Source of the DNA: Alphaproteobacteria bacterium
GTDB lineage: Bacteria; Pseudomonadota; Alphaproteobacteria; MPNO01; UBA830
Length of the DNA stretch: 64,000 bases
Assembly: GCA_964291215.2 (NCBI GenBank)
Contig: OZ219791.1
Span: 2,336,001 to 2,400,000 of the forward strand
Direction: 5' to 3'
In this document: piece by piece, positions 10,939-22,611 of the stretch
How positions within the stretch are numbered: the first letter of the stretch is position 1
How the letters are laid out: every line of letters starts with the position of its first letter
Notes under the pieces: model-generated
What the model saw: the letters and a program-made list of their open reading frames with translations, nothing else
Databases searched by the model: none
Told to the model about the DNA's origin: nothing
Program-made: the position numbers and the translations under genes

Positions 10939-11139
10939 GTTCGCTCCCCGTTCACGAACGCCGCTGAACTGCTGCGACGGCAGCGGCCAGAGAGCGGGAA
11001 AAGGCGGCTGTCGATAATACGGACGCGCCGGAAACCGTCAACCGGAGCCGCTGCGCCCGACAACAGGTGGTAGGCCCGTCGGCACGACGTGACCCTGCAG
11101 CAAGCAGAGGTCTGGGCCGGAGAACGCGGCACCTCGTCG

Positions 11140-12267
11140 TCAGCCGGTTCGACAGCCCGATTCCCATTCTGCCCTGACATCCCGGTTTTCTTCATCCGCC
11201 ATGTGGCGGCGGCGAAGGACCCGGAATCTCTCCCGGGGAAGAAGCCGCGAGAGGGCCCACACTGCCATGGCCCGCACGAGCGGCGACGGATCTCCGAGCA
11301 GCGGCTTCGCCGACGAAGCGAGCGAGGGCATGTCGCTGTTGCCGATAGCGATCAGCACGTTCCGCACGAAGCGGTCGCGCCCGAGCCTCTTCACCGGCGA
11401 GCCCGAGAACATCGTACGGAATCCGGCGTCGTCCAGAGCGCAGAATTCTCCCAGCAGGGACCGGGCCGCCCCGCGCGGACGAAACTCCCCGTGAGCGGTG
11501 GCGCTCGCGAACCTGTTCCAGGGGCAAACGGCAAGACAGTCGTCGCAACCATAGATGCGGTTGCCCATGGGGGCGCGAAACTCGCGGGCAATGTGGCCCT
11601 TGTGCTCAATGGTCAGGTACGAGATGCAGCGCGTGGCGTCGAGCTGATAGGGCGCGGGAAAGGCAGCTGTGGGACAGACGTCAACACAGCGCCGACAGCT
11701 TCCGCAATAGTCCGTGCCTCCGGGATCGGGAGAGATGTCGAGGGTGGTGAATATCTCGCCCAGGAACAGCCAGGATCCGAATGTCCGCGAAACCAGATTG
11801 GTGTGCTTGCCCTGCCAGCCCAGGCCGGCGCGCTGGGCAACGGGCTTTTCCATCACCGGCGCGGTGTCGACGAACAGTTTGACCTCGCAGCGCCGGGTTT
11901 CAACCAGCCAGCGCGCGAGACGGCGCAGGCGTTTCGCCATTACATCGTGATAGTCGCGACCGCCCGCATAGACGGAGATCGCACCGCGTCCGCGCTCGCC
12001 GAGCATCTCAAGGGGGTCCCCTTCGGGCCCGTAGTTCATGCCCACGACGATGACGCTCCTAGCCTCCGGCCAGAGGGCCGACGGGGACCGCCGCCGGTCC
12101 CGGGTCGATTCCATCCAGCCCATGTCGCCGTGATAGCCCCGGGACAGATAGGCGGCCAGATTTTCTCCCGCATCAACGGCATCGCAGCCCGCAAAGCCCA
12201 CGGCGTCGAAGCCAAGGCCAAGCGCCTGGTCACGGATGGTCTCGCGAATGCTTCCGGAATCGGTCAT
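11140..12267 (-). CDS. queG: tRNA epoxyqueuosine reductase
   Basis: YHGDMGWM, DYHDV, FVDTAPVMEK, CGSCRRCVDVCPT, CISYLTIE, GCDDCLAVCPWN. Confidence 0.95.
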   Translation of the reverse strand: MTDSGSIRETIRDQALGLGFDAVGFAGCDAVDAGENLAAYLSRGYHGDMGWMESTRDRRRSPSALWPEARSVIVVGMNYGPEGDPLEMLGERGRGAISVYAGGRDYHDVMAKRLRRLARWLVETRRCEVKLFVDTAPVMEKPVAQRAGLGWQGKHTNLVSRTFGSWLFLGEIFTTLDISPDPGGTDYCGSCRRCVDVCPTAAFPAPYQLDATRCISYLTIEHKGHIAREFRAPMGNRIYGCDDCLAVCPWNRFASATAHGEFRPRGAARSLLGEFCALDDAGFRTMFSGSPVKRLGRDRFVRNVLIAIGNSDMPSLASSAKPLLGDPSPLVRAMAVWALSRLLPRERFRVLRRRHMADEENRDVRAEWESGCRTG

Positions 12268-12280
12268 AACCCGCCTGCCG

Positions 12281-13408
12281 TCATGGCGGCTCCAAGTCTC
12301 CTTCGGCTTGTCCGGCATGAAACCCGGAAACGAATTCCTCAACATTCTCCGCCTCGATCGCGGCGCGCAGGCCGCGCATCACCTCCTGATAGTAATGCAG
12401 GTTATGCATCGTCAATAGGATCGGACCGAGCATTTCCCCGGCCTTGAACAGGTGGTGCAGATAGGCGCGGCTCACCTCGCCCACCAGCGGATACCCGCTG
12501 TCCGGATCCAGCGGACGCGTATCGCGGGCATGTCGGGCATTGCGGATATTGACCGTGCCGCGCCGCGTGAAGGCCCGGCCAGTACGCCCGCTCCTCGTCG
12601 GCAGCACGCAATCAAACATGTCGATACCGCGCTGCACCGCGCCGACGATATCGGACGGCGTGCCGACTCCCATGAGATAGCGGGGACGATCTTCCGGAAG
12701 CCGCGGAACCGTGCTGTCGACGACCTCGAACATGACCTCCTGACCTTCGCCGATGGCAAGGCCGCCAACGGCATAGCCGTCGAAACCGGTTCTGACCAGC
12801 GCGTCGGCCGATTCGCGGCGCAGATCCGGAATCGTCCCGCCCTGCACGATCCCGAAGAGCCCGTACCCGGGACGCGGCCGGAACGCCACACGGCACCGTT
12901 CCGCCCAGCGCATGGATAGGCGCATGGATTCGGCCACGGTGCCGTCATCGACGCCATGCGGCGTACATTCATCGAGAACCATCGTGATCGTCGAATCGAG
13001 AAGATCCTGGATCTCGACGGAACGTTCCGGCGTCAATAGATGACGGGTTCCGTCGATGTGCGAACGGAAGGTCACCCCCTCTTCCGAGAGCGTCCTCAAA
13101 TCCGAAAGCGACATGACCTGAAAGCCGCCGGAATCGGTCAGGACCGGGCCGGGCCAGCCCATGAAGGCGCGCAGGCCGCCAAGCGCGGCCACGGTCTCGG
13201 CGCCTGGTCGCAGCATGAGGTGATAGGTGTTTCCGAGAATGATCTTCGCACCGGTCCGTTCCACCGCGTCAACGGTCATGCCCTTCACGGTCCCGGCCGT
13301 TCCCACTGGCATGAATACCGGGGTGTCGATGACACCGTGCGCCGTCGCCAGCTGTCCGCGCCGGGCGCACCCGCTGGTCGACAGGACCTCGAACCCGAAC
13401 GAGGTCAC
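12281..13408 (-). CDS. tgt: tRNA-guanine transglycosylase
   Basis: [45 protein letters not shown]. Confidence 0.97.
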   Translation of the reverse strand: MTSFGFEVLSTSGCARRGQLATAHGVIDTPVFMPVGTAGTVKGMTVDAVERTGAKIILGNTYHLMLRPGAETVAALGGLRAFMGWPGPVLTDSGGFQVMSLSDLRTLSEEGVTFRSHIDGTRHLLTPERSVEIQDLLDSTITMVLDECTPHGVDDGTVAESMRLSMRWAERCRVAFRPRPGYGLFGIVQGGTIPDLRRESADALVRTGFDGYAVGGLAIGEGQEVMFEVVDSTVPRLPEDRPRYLMGVGTPSDIVGAVQRGIDMFDCVLPTRSGRTGRAFTRRGTVNIRNARHARDTRPLDPDSGYPLVGEVSRAYLHHLFKAGEMLGPILLTMHNLHYYQEVMRGLRAAIEAENVEEFVSGFHAGQAEGDLEPP

Positions 13409-14481
13409 GGGTCGTGGGCTCGGTGAAGGAACGTGGCATCGCCGTATGAGTAGAACCTGTAGCCCGTCGCCACGGCATGGGCGTAGGCCGTCGTCATCCT
13501 TTCTAGTCCGGCGAATGCGGCGACCAGCATGAAGAGGGTGGAGCGCGGGAGATGGAAGTTGGTCATCAGCTTGTCGACGGCGCGGAAGCGGTAGCCCGGC
13601 GTGATGAAGAGATCGGTGTCGCCCGCAAACGGCCGAACGACGCCGTTGTCGTCGGCCGCCGTCTCGAGCAGCCTGAGTGAGGTCGTTCCGACCGAAATCA
13701 CGCGGCCGCCGTTCCTGCGGGCCTCATTGATGGCCGCGGCGGCATCGCGGCCGATCTCTCCCCACTCGCTGTGCATTCGGTGCTCGGCAATGCGGGCGGC
13801 CCGGACCGGCAGGAAGGTGCCGGCTCCGACATGAAGCGTCACGGTTGCAACGCGGATACCGGCAGCCCGCACCGCCTGCAGCAGCGCATCGGTAAAATGC
13901 AGTCCGGCCGTCGGGGCCGCAACCGCTCCCCTGCGGGCAGCATAAATGGTCTGGTAGTCGCCGGCATCCTCCCCGGTGGCGCCGTCCGGGCGCGAGATAT
14001 AGGGCGGAAGCGGCATTTCTCCGTGCCGGTCGAGCGCCGCAAACAGGCGTTCCGGCTGGTCGAAAGCCAGTTCAACCTCTCCACCCTCGCCGCGCGAGAC
14101 GACCAGCGCCTCGAAGGCTTCCGCGAATACGATGACATCGTTCTCGGCAAGGCGCCGCGCCGGACGCGCAAACGCCTGCCAGTTGCCTCCCGCTTCCGCC
14201 TTGTGAAGGGTTATTTCGACCTTGGCGCCGCGGCGGCGGCCGCGCAGGCGCGCGGGAATGACCTGCGTATCGTTGACGACAAGGACATCGCCGTCCCGCA
14301 GGAGCGACGGAAGATCCCGCACCCCGAGATCGGCAAGCGCCGCGCCGACTTCCAGCATGCGGGCGCTGTCGCGCGGCCGCACAGGCGCCTGGGCAATGCG
14401 GTCAGGGGGCAGTTCGAAGTCGAACGCATCTGTCGCCGCGTCGTCTCCGACTGCCGGCGCGGCCGCATTCAGTCTTCCCAT
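13405..14481 (-). CDS. queA: S-adenosylmethionine:tRNA ribosyltransferase-isomerase (start uncertain)
   Basis: [51 protein letters not shown]. Confidence 0.97.
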   Translation of the reverse strand: MGRLNAAAPAVGDDAATDAFDFELPPDRIAQAPVRPRDSARMLEVGAALADLGVRDLPSLLRDGDVLVVNDTQVIPARLRGRRRGAKVEITLHKAEAGGNWQAFARPARRLAENDVIVFAEAFEALVVSRGEGGEVELAFDQPERLFAALDRHGEMPLPPYISRPDGATGEDAGDYQTIYAARRGAVAAPTAGLHFTDALLQAVRAAGIRVATVTLHVGAGTFLPVRAARIAEHRMHSEWGEIGRDAAAAINEARRNGGRVISVGTTSLRLLETAADDNGVVRPFAGDTDLFITPGYRFRAVDKLMTNFHLPRSTLFMLVAAFAGLERMTTAYAHAVATGYRFYSYGDATFLHRAHDP

Positions 14482-14960
14482 AGTTCTCCGACGGCAGCCT
14501 CGACTTTCCTGAAGACCTGGTTGCGCTCCAGTTCCGGATACTCCGCCTCCTCATCGGCATGGGTGCGGTTCAGACCCCATTCGCGCACATATTCGCGCAT
14601 GTCGTCGTCGGACAGAATGACCTTCAGCAGATGGTTCTGGATGTCGACCGGGGGATCACTCTCCCTCGTGACGATATAGATGACGGTCCGGAGATAGGCC
14701 ACCACATCAAGGATGAGCTGCGCTTCTTCCCGGCTCCACAACCGCGACGGCTCGAAATCGTTCTGCCTGAGCTCCCGCATCTGCTCACGGGTAATGGTGC
14801 CCGGGCTCCCGAGCCGCGGCATGGTGCTAGGCTCCGAGGCATCGTCGTTCGTCGCTTCCAGCTGCTGTCTCCGCTTTTGCTCCCTCATCAGCCGCAGGCG
14901 GCGCATGAAAAGGAAAACCGTCAGGCCGACAACGGCCGCGAATATGAGATTCTCTCCCAT
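14469..14960 (-). CDS. Hypothetical membrane-anchored protein
   Basis: N-terminal hydrophobic helix ([15 protein letters not shown]) then acidic domain; overlaps queA start. Confidence 0.6.
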   Translation of the reverse strand: MGENLIFAAVVGLTVFLFMRRLRLMREQKRRQQLEATNDDASEPSTMPRLGSPGTITREQMRELRQNDFEPSRLWSREEAQLILDVVAYLRTVIYIVTRESDPPVDIQNHLLKVILSDDDMREYVREWGLNRTHADEEAEYPELERNQVFRKVEAAVGELWED

Positions 14961-15097
14961 GACCGGATATACCCTCTTTTCCGTTGCGTTTATCAACCGA
15001 CGCCATTGACGCATTGATACGCCGTCCGGACCTTCAGGAACAGTCCGCGCCGGAAGAAGTCCCGGCGGCGGCGCACGCGAAGGACCGAACGCCTCCT

Positions 15098-16114
15098 TCA
15101 GGCGGCGTCGGCCGGCGCCTCGGCAAACACCTGAGCCAGAAGCTCGTACGATCTCAGCCGCGCCTCGAAGCGGTCGCAGATGGTCACGACCACAACCTCG
15201 TTGATGCCGTAGGTGCCGGCAAGCGCGGCAACCTCGCGATGCACCTGTTCGAGACTGCCCGCTATGGTGCGCTCGCGATTGTGCATGACAATTGCTTTCT
15301 CCCTTTCCGTATAGGGATAGTTCTTCGCCTCCTCGACGGTTGGCACCGGCGCCGTCCGCCCGGTGTGCAGCCGCAACAGCCACAGATCGCGGCTCCAGCG
15401 CAGGTCGAGCGCCTCTTTCTCGGTGTCGGCGCAAATGACGAAAATGCCGATGGAGCCGACGGGTTCGGAGAACTGTTCAGATGGGCGGAAATGCTGACGA
15501 TAGGCCTCCATCACCATATGGCCGCCGCGGGCATTGATGAAGTGGGCAAAGGAGAACGCGCAGCCGAAATACGCCGCATAGGCCGCCGACTGGTCGCTCG
15601 AGCCGAGAAGCCAGACCTCGGGGATGGTCGCTCCGCTCGGCATGGCATCGACCCGCCGGAACGGATGATCATCAGGCATCTCGCCGGCAAGCCATGCCTG
15701 CAGATCGCGGATCTGGGCCGGGAAGTGCTCGATTCCCAGTGCGCCCGGGCCGTGCGCAAGCGCCTGCGCGGTCAGCCCGTCGGAGCCCGGAGCGCGCCCG
15801 ATCCCGCAATCGATGCGGCCCGGATAGAGCGCTTCGAGCACGCGGAACGTTTCCGCGACCTTGAGCGAGGAGTAGTGGCTGAGCATCACGCCGCCGGAAC
15901 CGACCCGCAGGTTGCGCGTCCGCCGCGCCACCTCGCCGATCATGATCTCGGGAGCCGAGCCCGCAAGGCCGCCGGTGGAATGGTGTTCGGCAAGCCAGTA
16001 GCGATGATACCCGATACGGTCACAGAACTCGGCGAGCGCCAGCGTTTCGGCCAGTGCGTCGGCAGGCGTGCAGCCAGCCCGGATCGGACTCTGGTCAAGA
16101 ACGCTCAATCGCAT
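15098..16114 (-). CDS. LLM-class flavin-dependent oxidoreductase
   Basis: MRLSVLDQSP, YWLAEHH, VGSGGVML, GRIDCGIGRAPG, WLLGSS. Confidence 0.92.
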   Translation of the reverse strand: MRLSVLDQSPIRAGCTPADALAETLALAEFCDRIGYHRYWLAEHHSTGGLAGSAPEIMIGEVARRTRNLRVGSGGVMLSHYSSLKVAETFRVLEALYPGRIDCGIGRAPGSDGLTAQALAHGPGALGIEHFPAQIRDLQAWLAGEMPDDHPFRRVDAMPSGATIPEVWLLGSSDQSAAYAAYFGCAFSFAHFINARGGHMVMEAYRQHFRPSEQFSEPVGSIGIFVICADTEKEALDLRWSRDLWLLRLHTGRTAPVPTVEEAKNYPYTEREKAIVMHNRERTIAGSLEQVHREVAALAGTYGINEVVVVTICDRFEARLRSYELLAQVFAEAPADAA

Positions 16115-16364
16115 CGCATCATGTCTCAATATCGCGGCATCGGCACTGCCGCTCTCCCGCTGCCCGGCCGCATCCCTGTCGACCGACACTACCATGTCCT
16201 ATCATACGAGAAGGACAATCCCATCATCTCCGTTGCGCTTCGAAGTCGGCCCAAGCCCTAGTTTCCGCCGTTCGCGGTCATGACGCGACCGGTGGACACT
16301 GCCCGATGGACATGCCCGCCAGACTTACCGATGAACACTTTAGCTGGTCCGACAGCCGATCCTA

Positions 16365-16545
16365 TCAGTCGGTGGCATAGAGCGTATAGACGGTAACCCT
16401 TTTCTTCCGGCCGCGCGCCTGGATCGAAGCGATGCGCCGGAAGCGTTCGAGACCGGCGGCACGCACGGTCGTTTCAGAGACGAGAAGCCGAGTGTCATGA
16501 GCCTTGCTCTCCGTCTTGATGCGGGCCGCAAGGTTCACGGTGTTG
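16365..16545 (-). pseudogene. Class III adenylate/guanylate cyclase C-terminal remnant
   Basis: NTVNLAARI...LLVSETT...RGRKKRVTVY; upstream catalytic part absent. Confidence 0.6.
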
Positions 16546-16845
16546 AGCGTTAGCACATTTTCTGACGGGGATTCGGTTGGTTCCGCTCGAATTGTTTGAT
16601 GGTCTGGGGTGTGTGCCCCTCAACCAACTTGCAAAAAGTCGGCTGAGGGGCTTGTCTCCGCGATGACAAAACCACAGGAGATAAGTCAATGTCGCACGAT
16701 TCCTTCCCGGGGTCCACGCTTTCCTGCGCCCATGCACGATGATCCCATGCCAATTCGGAGACGCGAAATCCGAATGCGTTGGGGCTCGCGTCATCACAGA
16801 TCGCTCCCTTGATTACAATTTTCATGCCGAGAAGGCCCCATCAAC

Positions 16846-19800
16846 CCAAGTTGGCATTTTTGCGTCAGTTGAAGGGGAAATTTATGCGGCTGCCTCACTA
16901 GATATACCATATGTTGGCATTTTTATGATACTGCCTACTATATTTTGATTGCGTGTCCGGGGTGGGCGCGGTAGTGCCAGAATATTACCGATTCGCTCGA
17001 CCCCGCCGCCAAACCCGGTATATCCGGAGCCTCGTCAACACAAAAGGCTCCAGACAACATGTTCATCAGGGCAACCAAAACCCACAGCACCGCAGACGAC
17101 AAACCCGTCCACCGGCTCGTGCTTTCTCAACGCATCGGCGACAAGGTCAGGCAGCGCACCCTGCCTCGGCACCGACCATCCGGTGGCGCGCAAGAACCGG
17201 AAGGAGGTTGCCGCCGAAGCGCTGGCCGCCCGCCGCTGTTCGAAGCCGCGTGCAGGCCGCAGCCGAGGACATCGTCAACAGGAGCCCGGAGGTTCCGCGC
17301 CGACGCTCTGGAGGAAGACGCACGCAAATTGCGACCGTCAACCTCGACAGCCTCGAGCACGAGAACCCGCGCTCGGTCGGCTGCCTGTGCCTCGAGGCGC
17401 GATCTCGGCTTCACGACCTCGGCATCACGAGTGCGTTGATCGTCGCCAGGATGATCCGGCCAGCGAGCGCGAACTGCGCGATGACAGCGCGACCGCGGAG
17501 CTTCCGGAGGGCAAGTCGCGCAAGACGCTGTACCGCATCGGCGACCTGCGTCACCGGGCCGCCAGGAGCTGTTCAACCACGAGCGCGCGCTGCATCCTCG
17601 ATACCATCGCTTTTTGCGATCTCACCAATGTTCACGGCCGCGCCGACGGCAAGCTCCCCCGCTTCGGGCGCTCGAAGCGCAATGATTGCCCCACGCTTGC
17701 GCGGCGCGGGCTTTCGGCGCAGTTGCGAGGTCTTGCGGGGCAACGTGGCCGGGCACGGATGCGCTGATGAGGCTGGGGGCGGGCGGTGAAGCCGACGGTA
17801 GTCATGGACGCCGGCACCGAGGCGAACATCGCGTGGCGAGCACGGCTGGGTCGCGGGCGGCGCCGCCCGAGGGTGGGCCCGAGGCTGATCACCAACCACG
17901 AGGTGCAGGCGCCAGCGAGGATGGCGCGGCGTGGTCAGCGAGAGCAGGAGGAGGGCCGAAGACGCCATTCCTGGCCGCAGGGCTTCGAGGCGGCAAAGCT
18001 CCACCTCTCGGCCAAAGGCCGGCGCCACGACAAGGTGCCGGAGAGCGGTCTCAAGCAGCGCTTCTCTACCGTCGCCCGGCACTACGAGATCACTGTCGAG
18101 AAGGCCGGGCAACGGCCTTCAGCCACAGACGACAAGACAACGCGGGCGCCTGCGCACCAGCGACCGGGAGACCGTCCTTATATGACCAGGTTTTGTCCCC
18201 TTGATGATGAAATCATCCACAGCAGTTGGGGGCGGGAAAATGTGGATAACCTCGACTATGGGAGAGCTATGGTTGCAGAGAGATTCCGCTCCCCTGTGTG
18301 AGAACATACAGGGGAGCGGGGATCAAACGATCTCCGCGGAGGTTGCCGTTCCGTCCTTGGCTTTATAGAGCCGTTCCCGAGCGTGGCAACCTCCTTTGGC
18401 GTCCCTTGCGTCCTGAATGGATGTTTGAGTTTGAACCGTATCATCATAAGGCGAGGAACGATGGTCAAGGTAGTAGCAGGGGTCAGCCAGTCTGGACATC
18501 TGGGGCGTCGTTTTACGAACGACGCCACGGGCACGTGGCTTCGCAGCCTCGAGGTAACCCGTGTGGTGGGCGATAGGTCGCTATCACCGCAAGGAGTGTC
18601 TTCATGACCGGGGCTTCGAGGTTGTCCTGCCCGTTGAGGGCTTCGCCGAGGCTTTGGGCCAACCGCGTTGACGCCAAGATCGGCACGGTGCGATCTCGAG
18701 CCTGTGGCCCCTCAGGAAGCCTTCCTCAACTGCCTAGGGGATCTCCTGGTATCGCGCTTGTCGACGCCAAGCAAGTGGCAGATGAGGTGGATGGCGAGAC
18801 CGTCACAAGGGCTTCGGCGGCCGACCTCGATGATTGCCGGCGCGGCGATCAAAGCGGTGATCGCCGGTGATCCCGAGCAGAGGTACCCTGACCTCGATCC
18901 AGTGACCGCCGCAGCCCTTCTTTGTTGGATGCCCGAACTCGGCAGTCTCGACCGTCGGCAGGCGGCAGCCTTGATCGGGGTGGCGCCGATGGCCAACGAC
19001 CACGGTGCTCGGCATATCCGAGGCGGGCGCCGGAGGCCACGTGATCTCCTGGCCGCGACCTCGGCAGCACGCTTCAACGCGGATCTGGTGTGCCACAAGG
19101 CCCACAAAGTCGCCATTGTCGCCGTGATGCGCAAGCTCTGGCGAACACCTTGCTGCGACAGCAGCGTTGCTGGTCGACCGAAGCACCGGTGAGTGAGCGA
19201 AGGAGACACGGCCCTGCCGAGAGCGCGATCGGGACTGTCTCGACAGTCTCCCTCTACGACACGACTTGGGGAGAATGTCTGCAGATCATCGTCGAGGCCG
19301 ACATCGAGGAGATCGAACCGCCTTGGGACACCTGGAACCCGGATGGTCACGTGCCCGGGGACGGCAAGGTAGCCGCGTTCACGTGACCAATGGACGGCAA
19401 CCCGCCGCCGGGACCACAAGCTTCATGTCGCCTCGCTCGCAGAGCAAATCCCACACCGCTTGTGGACAACCACAGAAAACATCACCACAGACACCCGCAA
19501 AAACCTTGCCAAGAAACATGGATGCTCGGGACACGGATATCGAGGCCACCTTCCGTTCATTGAAATCCGAGCCCGGATTGCGCCCGGCCAGCGCATCGCC
19601 GCCCACCTGTTGATCGCCGTGCTCGCCGCGGTGCATCTGATCCCCGCGCGGGGCATCGACAAGTGCCGGACATCAATCCGCGCGGAACCAGGGTCACCAC
19701 GCGCCTGCGCGCATTGATCGTCAACCGACAGGACACGCGCCGCCGAGATTGCCGAAATCTCCTCGGCGGCTGGTGTCGAACCCGCCGCATGAGGAGCCGC

Positions 19801-19907
19801 CTCGCAAGCTGACAGAATTCAACAGAATGTAGTGCCATGTTGAAATCGGCCGACAAAAAATCGCGCAGCGTGATAAAAATTCCAGGCCGCAAAAAGTGCC
19901 AACTTGG
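16846..19907 (+). mobile_element. Degenerate IS1634-family element interrupted by a nested IS110-containing element
   Basis: TIRs CCAAGTTGGCATTTTTGCG (16846) / CGCAAAAAGTGCCAACTTGG (19907); N-terminal half 17059-18170; C-terminal DIEATFRSLKSE...HLLIAVLA at ~19535-19630. Confidence 0.85.
18172..19531 (+). mobile_element. Duplicated element with degenerate IS110-family transposase, copy A
   Basis: GVAPMAND...HIRGGRRRPR...AARFN...KVAIVAVMRKL (IS110 C-terminal domain); direct repeat of 20341-21774. Confidence 0.8.
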
Positions 19908-20272
19908 TTGAGGCCGGCGGCTTTCCCGGCGGCGTATTTCGCGCGGTCCGCTGCCCGGCGCTTCTCCAGTCACGGCTCGCAGGACGCGCGGCCATCGGCG
20001 GCCGGCGGCTTGCCGCACCGGATGCAGATCCCGGCTTCGCGGCGCATTTCAGCCTCGCGGCGGGATCGGTCGCGCTCATGAGCGCGGGCCTTGTCGGGGT
20101 CTCTCCGGGGGAGGCCGGTGGTGCGCAGCCTTGCGTCCCTGGCCCGGCTCGCCCGGTTCCGCTTCTCGGCGCAGGGCGCGCACAGGGTCCGCGCGGGCTC
20201 GGGTTCGCGCTTGCCGCACCCGATGCACTTGCCGCGCGCGCGCCGGGCCTCGATATCCTGCTGCTCGCACAT
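19908..20272 (-). pseudogene. Arg-rich tandem CxxC (zinc-binding) repeat protein, internal stop and IS-truncated
   Basis: RRARGKCIGCGK...LCAPC and RREAGICIRCGK...SCEP* repeats; cut by the IS1634 right end. Confidence 0.55.
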
Positions 20273-20340
20273 GGAAGCGTTCTCCTTGCCGTGGGGAAAA
20301 CGGAAGAGGGACGCCCGGCCGACCCGGCCGGGACGGCGGG

Positions 20341-21774
20341 ACGTCCCTTATATGACTAGGTTTTGTCCCCTTGATGATGAAATCATCCACAGCAGTTGGG
20401 GGCGGGAAAATGTGGATAACCTCGACTATGGGAGAGCTATGGTTGCAAAGAGATTCCGCTCCCCTGTGTGAGAACGTACAGGGGAGCGGGGATCAAACGA
20501 TCTCCGCGGAGGTTGCCGTTCCGTCCTTGGCTTTATAGAGCCGTTCCCGAGCGTGGCAACCTCCTTTGGCGTCCCTTGCGTCCTGAATGGATGCTTGGGT
20601 TTGAACCGTATCATCATAAGGCGAGGAACAAGGGACGATTGTTAAGGTAGTAGCAGGGGTCAGCCAGTCTGGACATCTGGGGCGTCGTTTTACGAACGAC
20701 GCCACGGGCACGTGGCTTCGCAGCCTCGAGGTAACCCGTGTGGTGGGCGACAGGCCGCTATCACCGCAAGGTTCACCAGTGTCTTCATGACCGGGGCTTC
20801 GAGGTTGTCCTGCCCGTTGAGGGCTTCGCCGAGGCTTTGGGCCAACCGCGTTGACGCGCTGGCCAAGATCGGCACGGTGCTCGGCGATCTCGAGCCTGTG
20901 GCTCCTCAGGAAGCCTTCCTCAACTGCCTGGGGGATCTCCTAGTATCGCGCGCCGCGCTTGTCGACGTGCGGACCAAGTTGAGGCAAGTGGCAGATGAGG
21001 TGGATGGCGAGACCGTCACAAGGGCTTCGGCGGCCGATCTCGATGACCGCATTGCCGGTGCGGCGATCAAAGCGGTGATCGCCGGTGATCCCGAGCAGAG
21101 GTACCCTGACCTCGATCCCCGGTCCAGTGACCGCCGCAGCCCTTCTTTGTTGGATGCCCGAACTCGGCAGCGTCGGCAGCCTTGATCGGGGTGGCGCCGA
21201 TGGCCAACGACAGTGGCCACGGTGCTCGGCATATCCGAGGCGGGCGCCGGAGGCCACGTGATCTCCTGGCCGCGACCTCGGCAGCACGCTTCAACGCGGA
21301 TCTGGTGTTCGAACGCCACAAGACCGCCGGCAAGGCCCACAAAGTCGCCATTGTCGCCGTGATGCGCAAGCTCTGGCGAACACCTTGCTGCGACAGCAGC
21401 GTTGCTGGTCGACCGAAGCACCGGTGAGTGAGCGAAGGAGACACGGCCCTCACCCCTGCCGAGAGCGCGATCGGGACTGTATCGACAGTCTCCCTACTAC
21501 GACACGACTTGGGGAGAATGTCTGCAGATCATCGTCGAGGCCGACATCGAGGAGATCGAACCGCCTTGGGACACCTGGAACCCGGACGGTCACGTGCCCG
21601 GGGGCGGCAAGGTAGCCGCGTTCACGTGACCAATGGACGGCAACCCGCCGCCGGGACCACAAGCTTCATGTCGCCTCGATCGCAGGGCAAATCCCACACC
21701 GCTTGTGGACAACCACAGAAAACATCACCGCAGACACCCGCAAAAACCTTGCCAGGAAACATGGATGCTCGGGA
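20341..21774 (+). mobile_element. Duplicated element with degenerate IS110-family transposase, copy B
   Basis: Same ends as copy A (GTCC(C)TTATATGA... / ...GATGCTCGGGA) in a different context. Confidence 0.8.
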
Positions 21775-21993
21775 AAGCGCTCAGCCACGCTGCTTGCGGT
21801 CGCACTTGTCGTTGTGGAAGAAGTCCACGCAGATGCTGGCAGCGACCCGCGCCGCGCCCGCCTTGATCGAACCGCGCGCATGGTGCGCATAGCGCGCGAT
21901 CATGTCGATCCTGGCGTGACCCTGCAGCCTGGAGGAGACGGCAACACATGGCGGCCCGGTTGGCGGCGATCAGATCCAGGCACTTGATATTCG

Positions 21994-22008
21994 TAGGCCA
22001 TTGGCCTA
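21994..22008. promoter_or_regulatory. Palindromic operator upstream of the TA operon
   Basis: Perfect inverted repeat TAGGCCA-T-TGGCCTA 11 bp before the toxin ATG, with TTGATA (-35-like) just upstream. Confidence 0.65.
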
Positions 22009-22019
22009 TATGTGCAGGG

Positions 22020-22301
22020 ATGGAGTTTGAATGGGACGAGGCCAAGAACAGTGCCTGTTTCGAGCGTCGCGGTTTCGACTTCGCCTATGCCCTCCGAGCC
22101 TTCCTTGATCCGCACCGGATTGTTGCGCAGGATCGCCGGCGGGACTATGGCGAGGACCGCTACCGGCTGCTCGGCACGGTCGACGGGCGAGCCTATGTCG
22201 TTGTCTACATGGTGCAGGGTTCGGCCGTTCGCATCATTTCGGCCCGCAAGGCCAATCGGAAGGAGGTCGCGGACCATGAGCACAACACGCATCAGGATTG
22301 A
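22020..22301 (+). CDS. brnT: BrnT-family toxin
   Basis: MEFEWDEAKN...RGFDF...DYGEDRY...RIISARKANRKE. Confidence 0.9.
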   Translation: MEFEWDEAKNSACFERRGFDFAYALRAFLDPHRIVAQDRRRDYGEDRYRLLGTVDGRAYVVVYMVQGSAVRIISARKANRKEVADHEHNTHQD

Positions 22302-22611
22302 TCCCGACGATCCGTCCACCCTGCCCGAAGGGCGGTTCGATCCCGCCAGGGTGGACGTCACGACCGAGGCAGAGATCGCGGCTCAGGAGCGGGAGGACGA
22401 GGCCGAGGCCTTGCAGGACATGGCGCGGTATGCCCGCCGGGTCCGGCGACGGCTGGGGCTTTCCCAGACCGAGCTGGCGCGGCGCATCGACGTGCCGCAC
22501 GAGACGATCCGCAATTGGGAGCAGGGGAAGCGCTGCCCGACCGGAGCGGCGCGCGCCCTGTTGCGGGTGCTTGACAAGGCGCCGGAAACCGCGCTCCGCG
22601 TGCTGACCTGA
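22276..22611 (+). CDS. XRE-family HTH antitoxin
   Basis: RRRLGLSQTELARRIDVPHETIRNWEQGKRCPTGAARALL; overlaps the toxin gene. Confidence 0.85.
   Translation: MSTTRIRIDPDDPSTLPEGRFDPARVDVTTEAEIAAQEREDEAEALQDMARYARRVRRRLGLSQTELARRIDVPHETIRNWEQGKRCPTGAARALLRVLDKAPETALRVLT

Noticed and set aside
18213-18249. Chromosomal origin (DnaA boxes)
   Set aside because: Only two boxes, inside a duplicated mobile element, with no dnaA/parAB context or unwinding region
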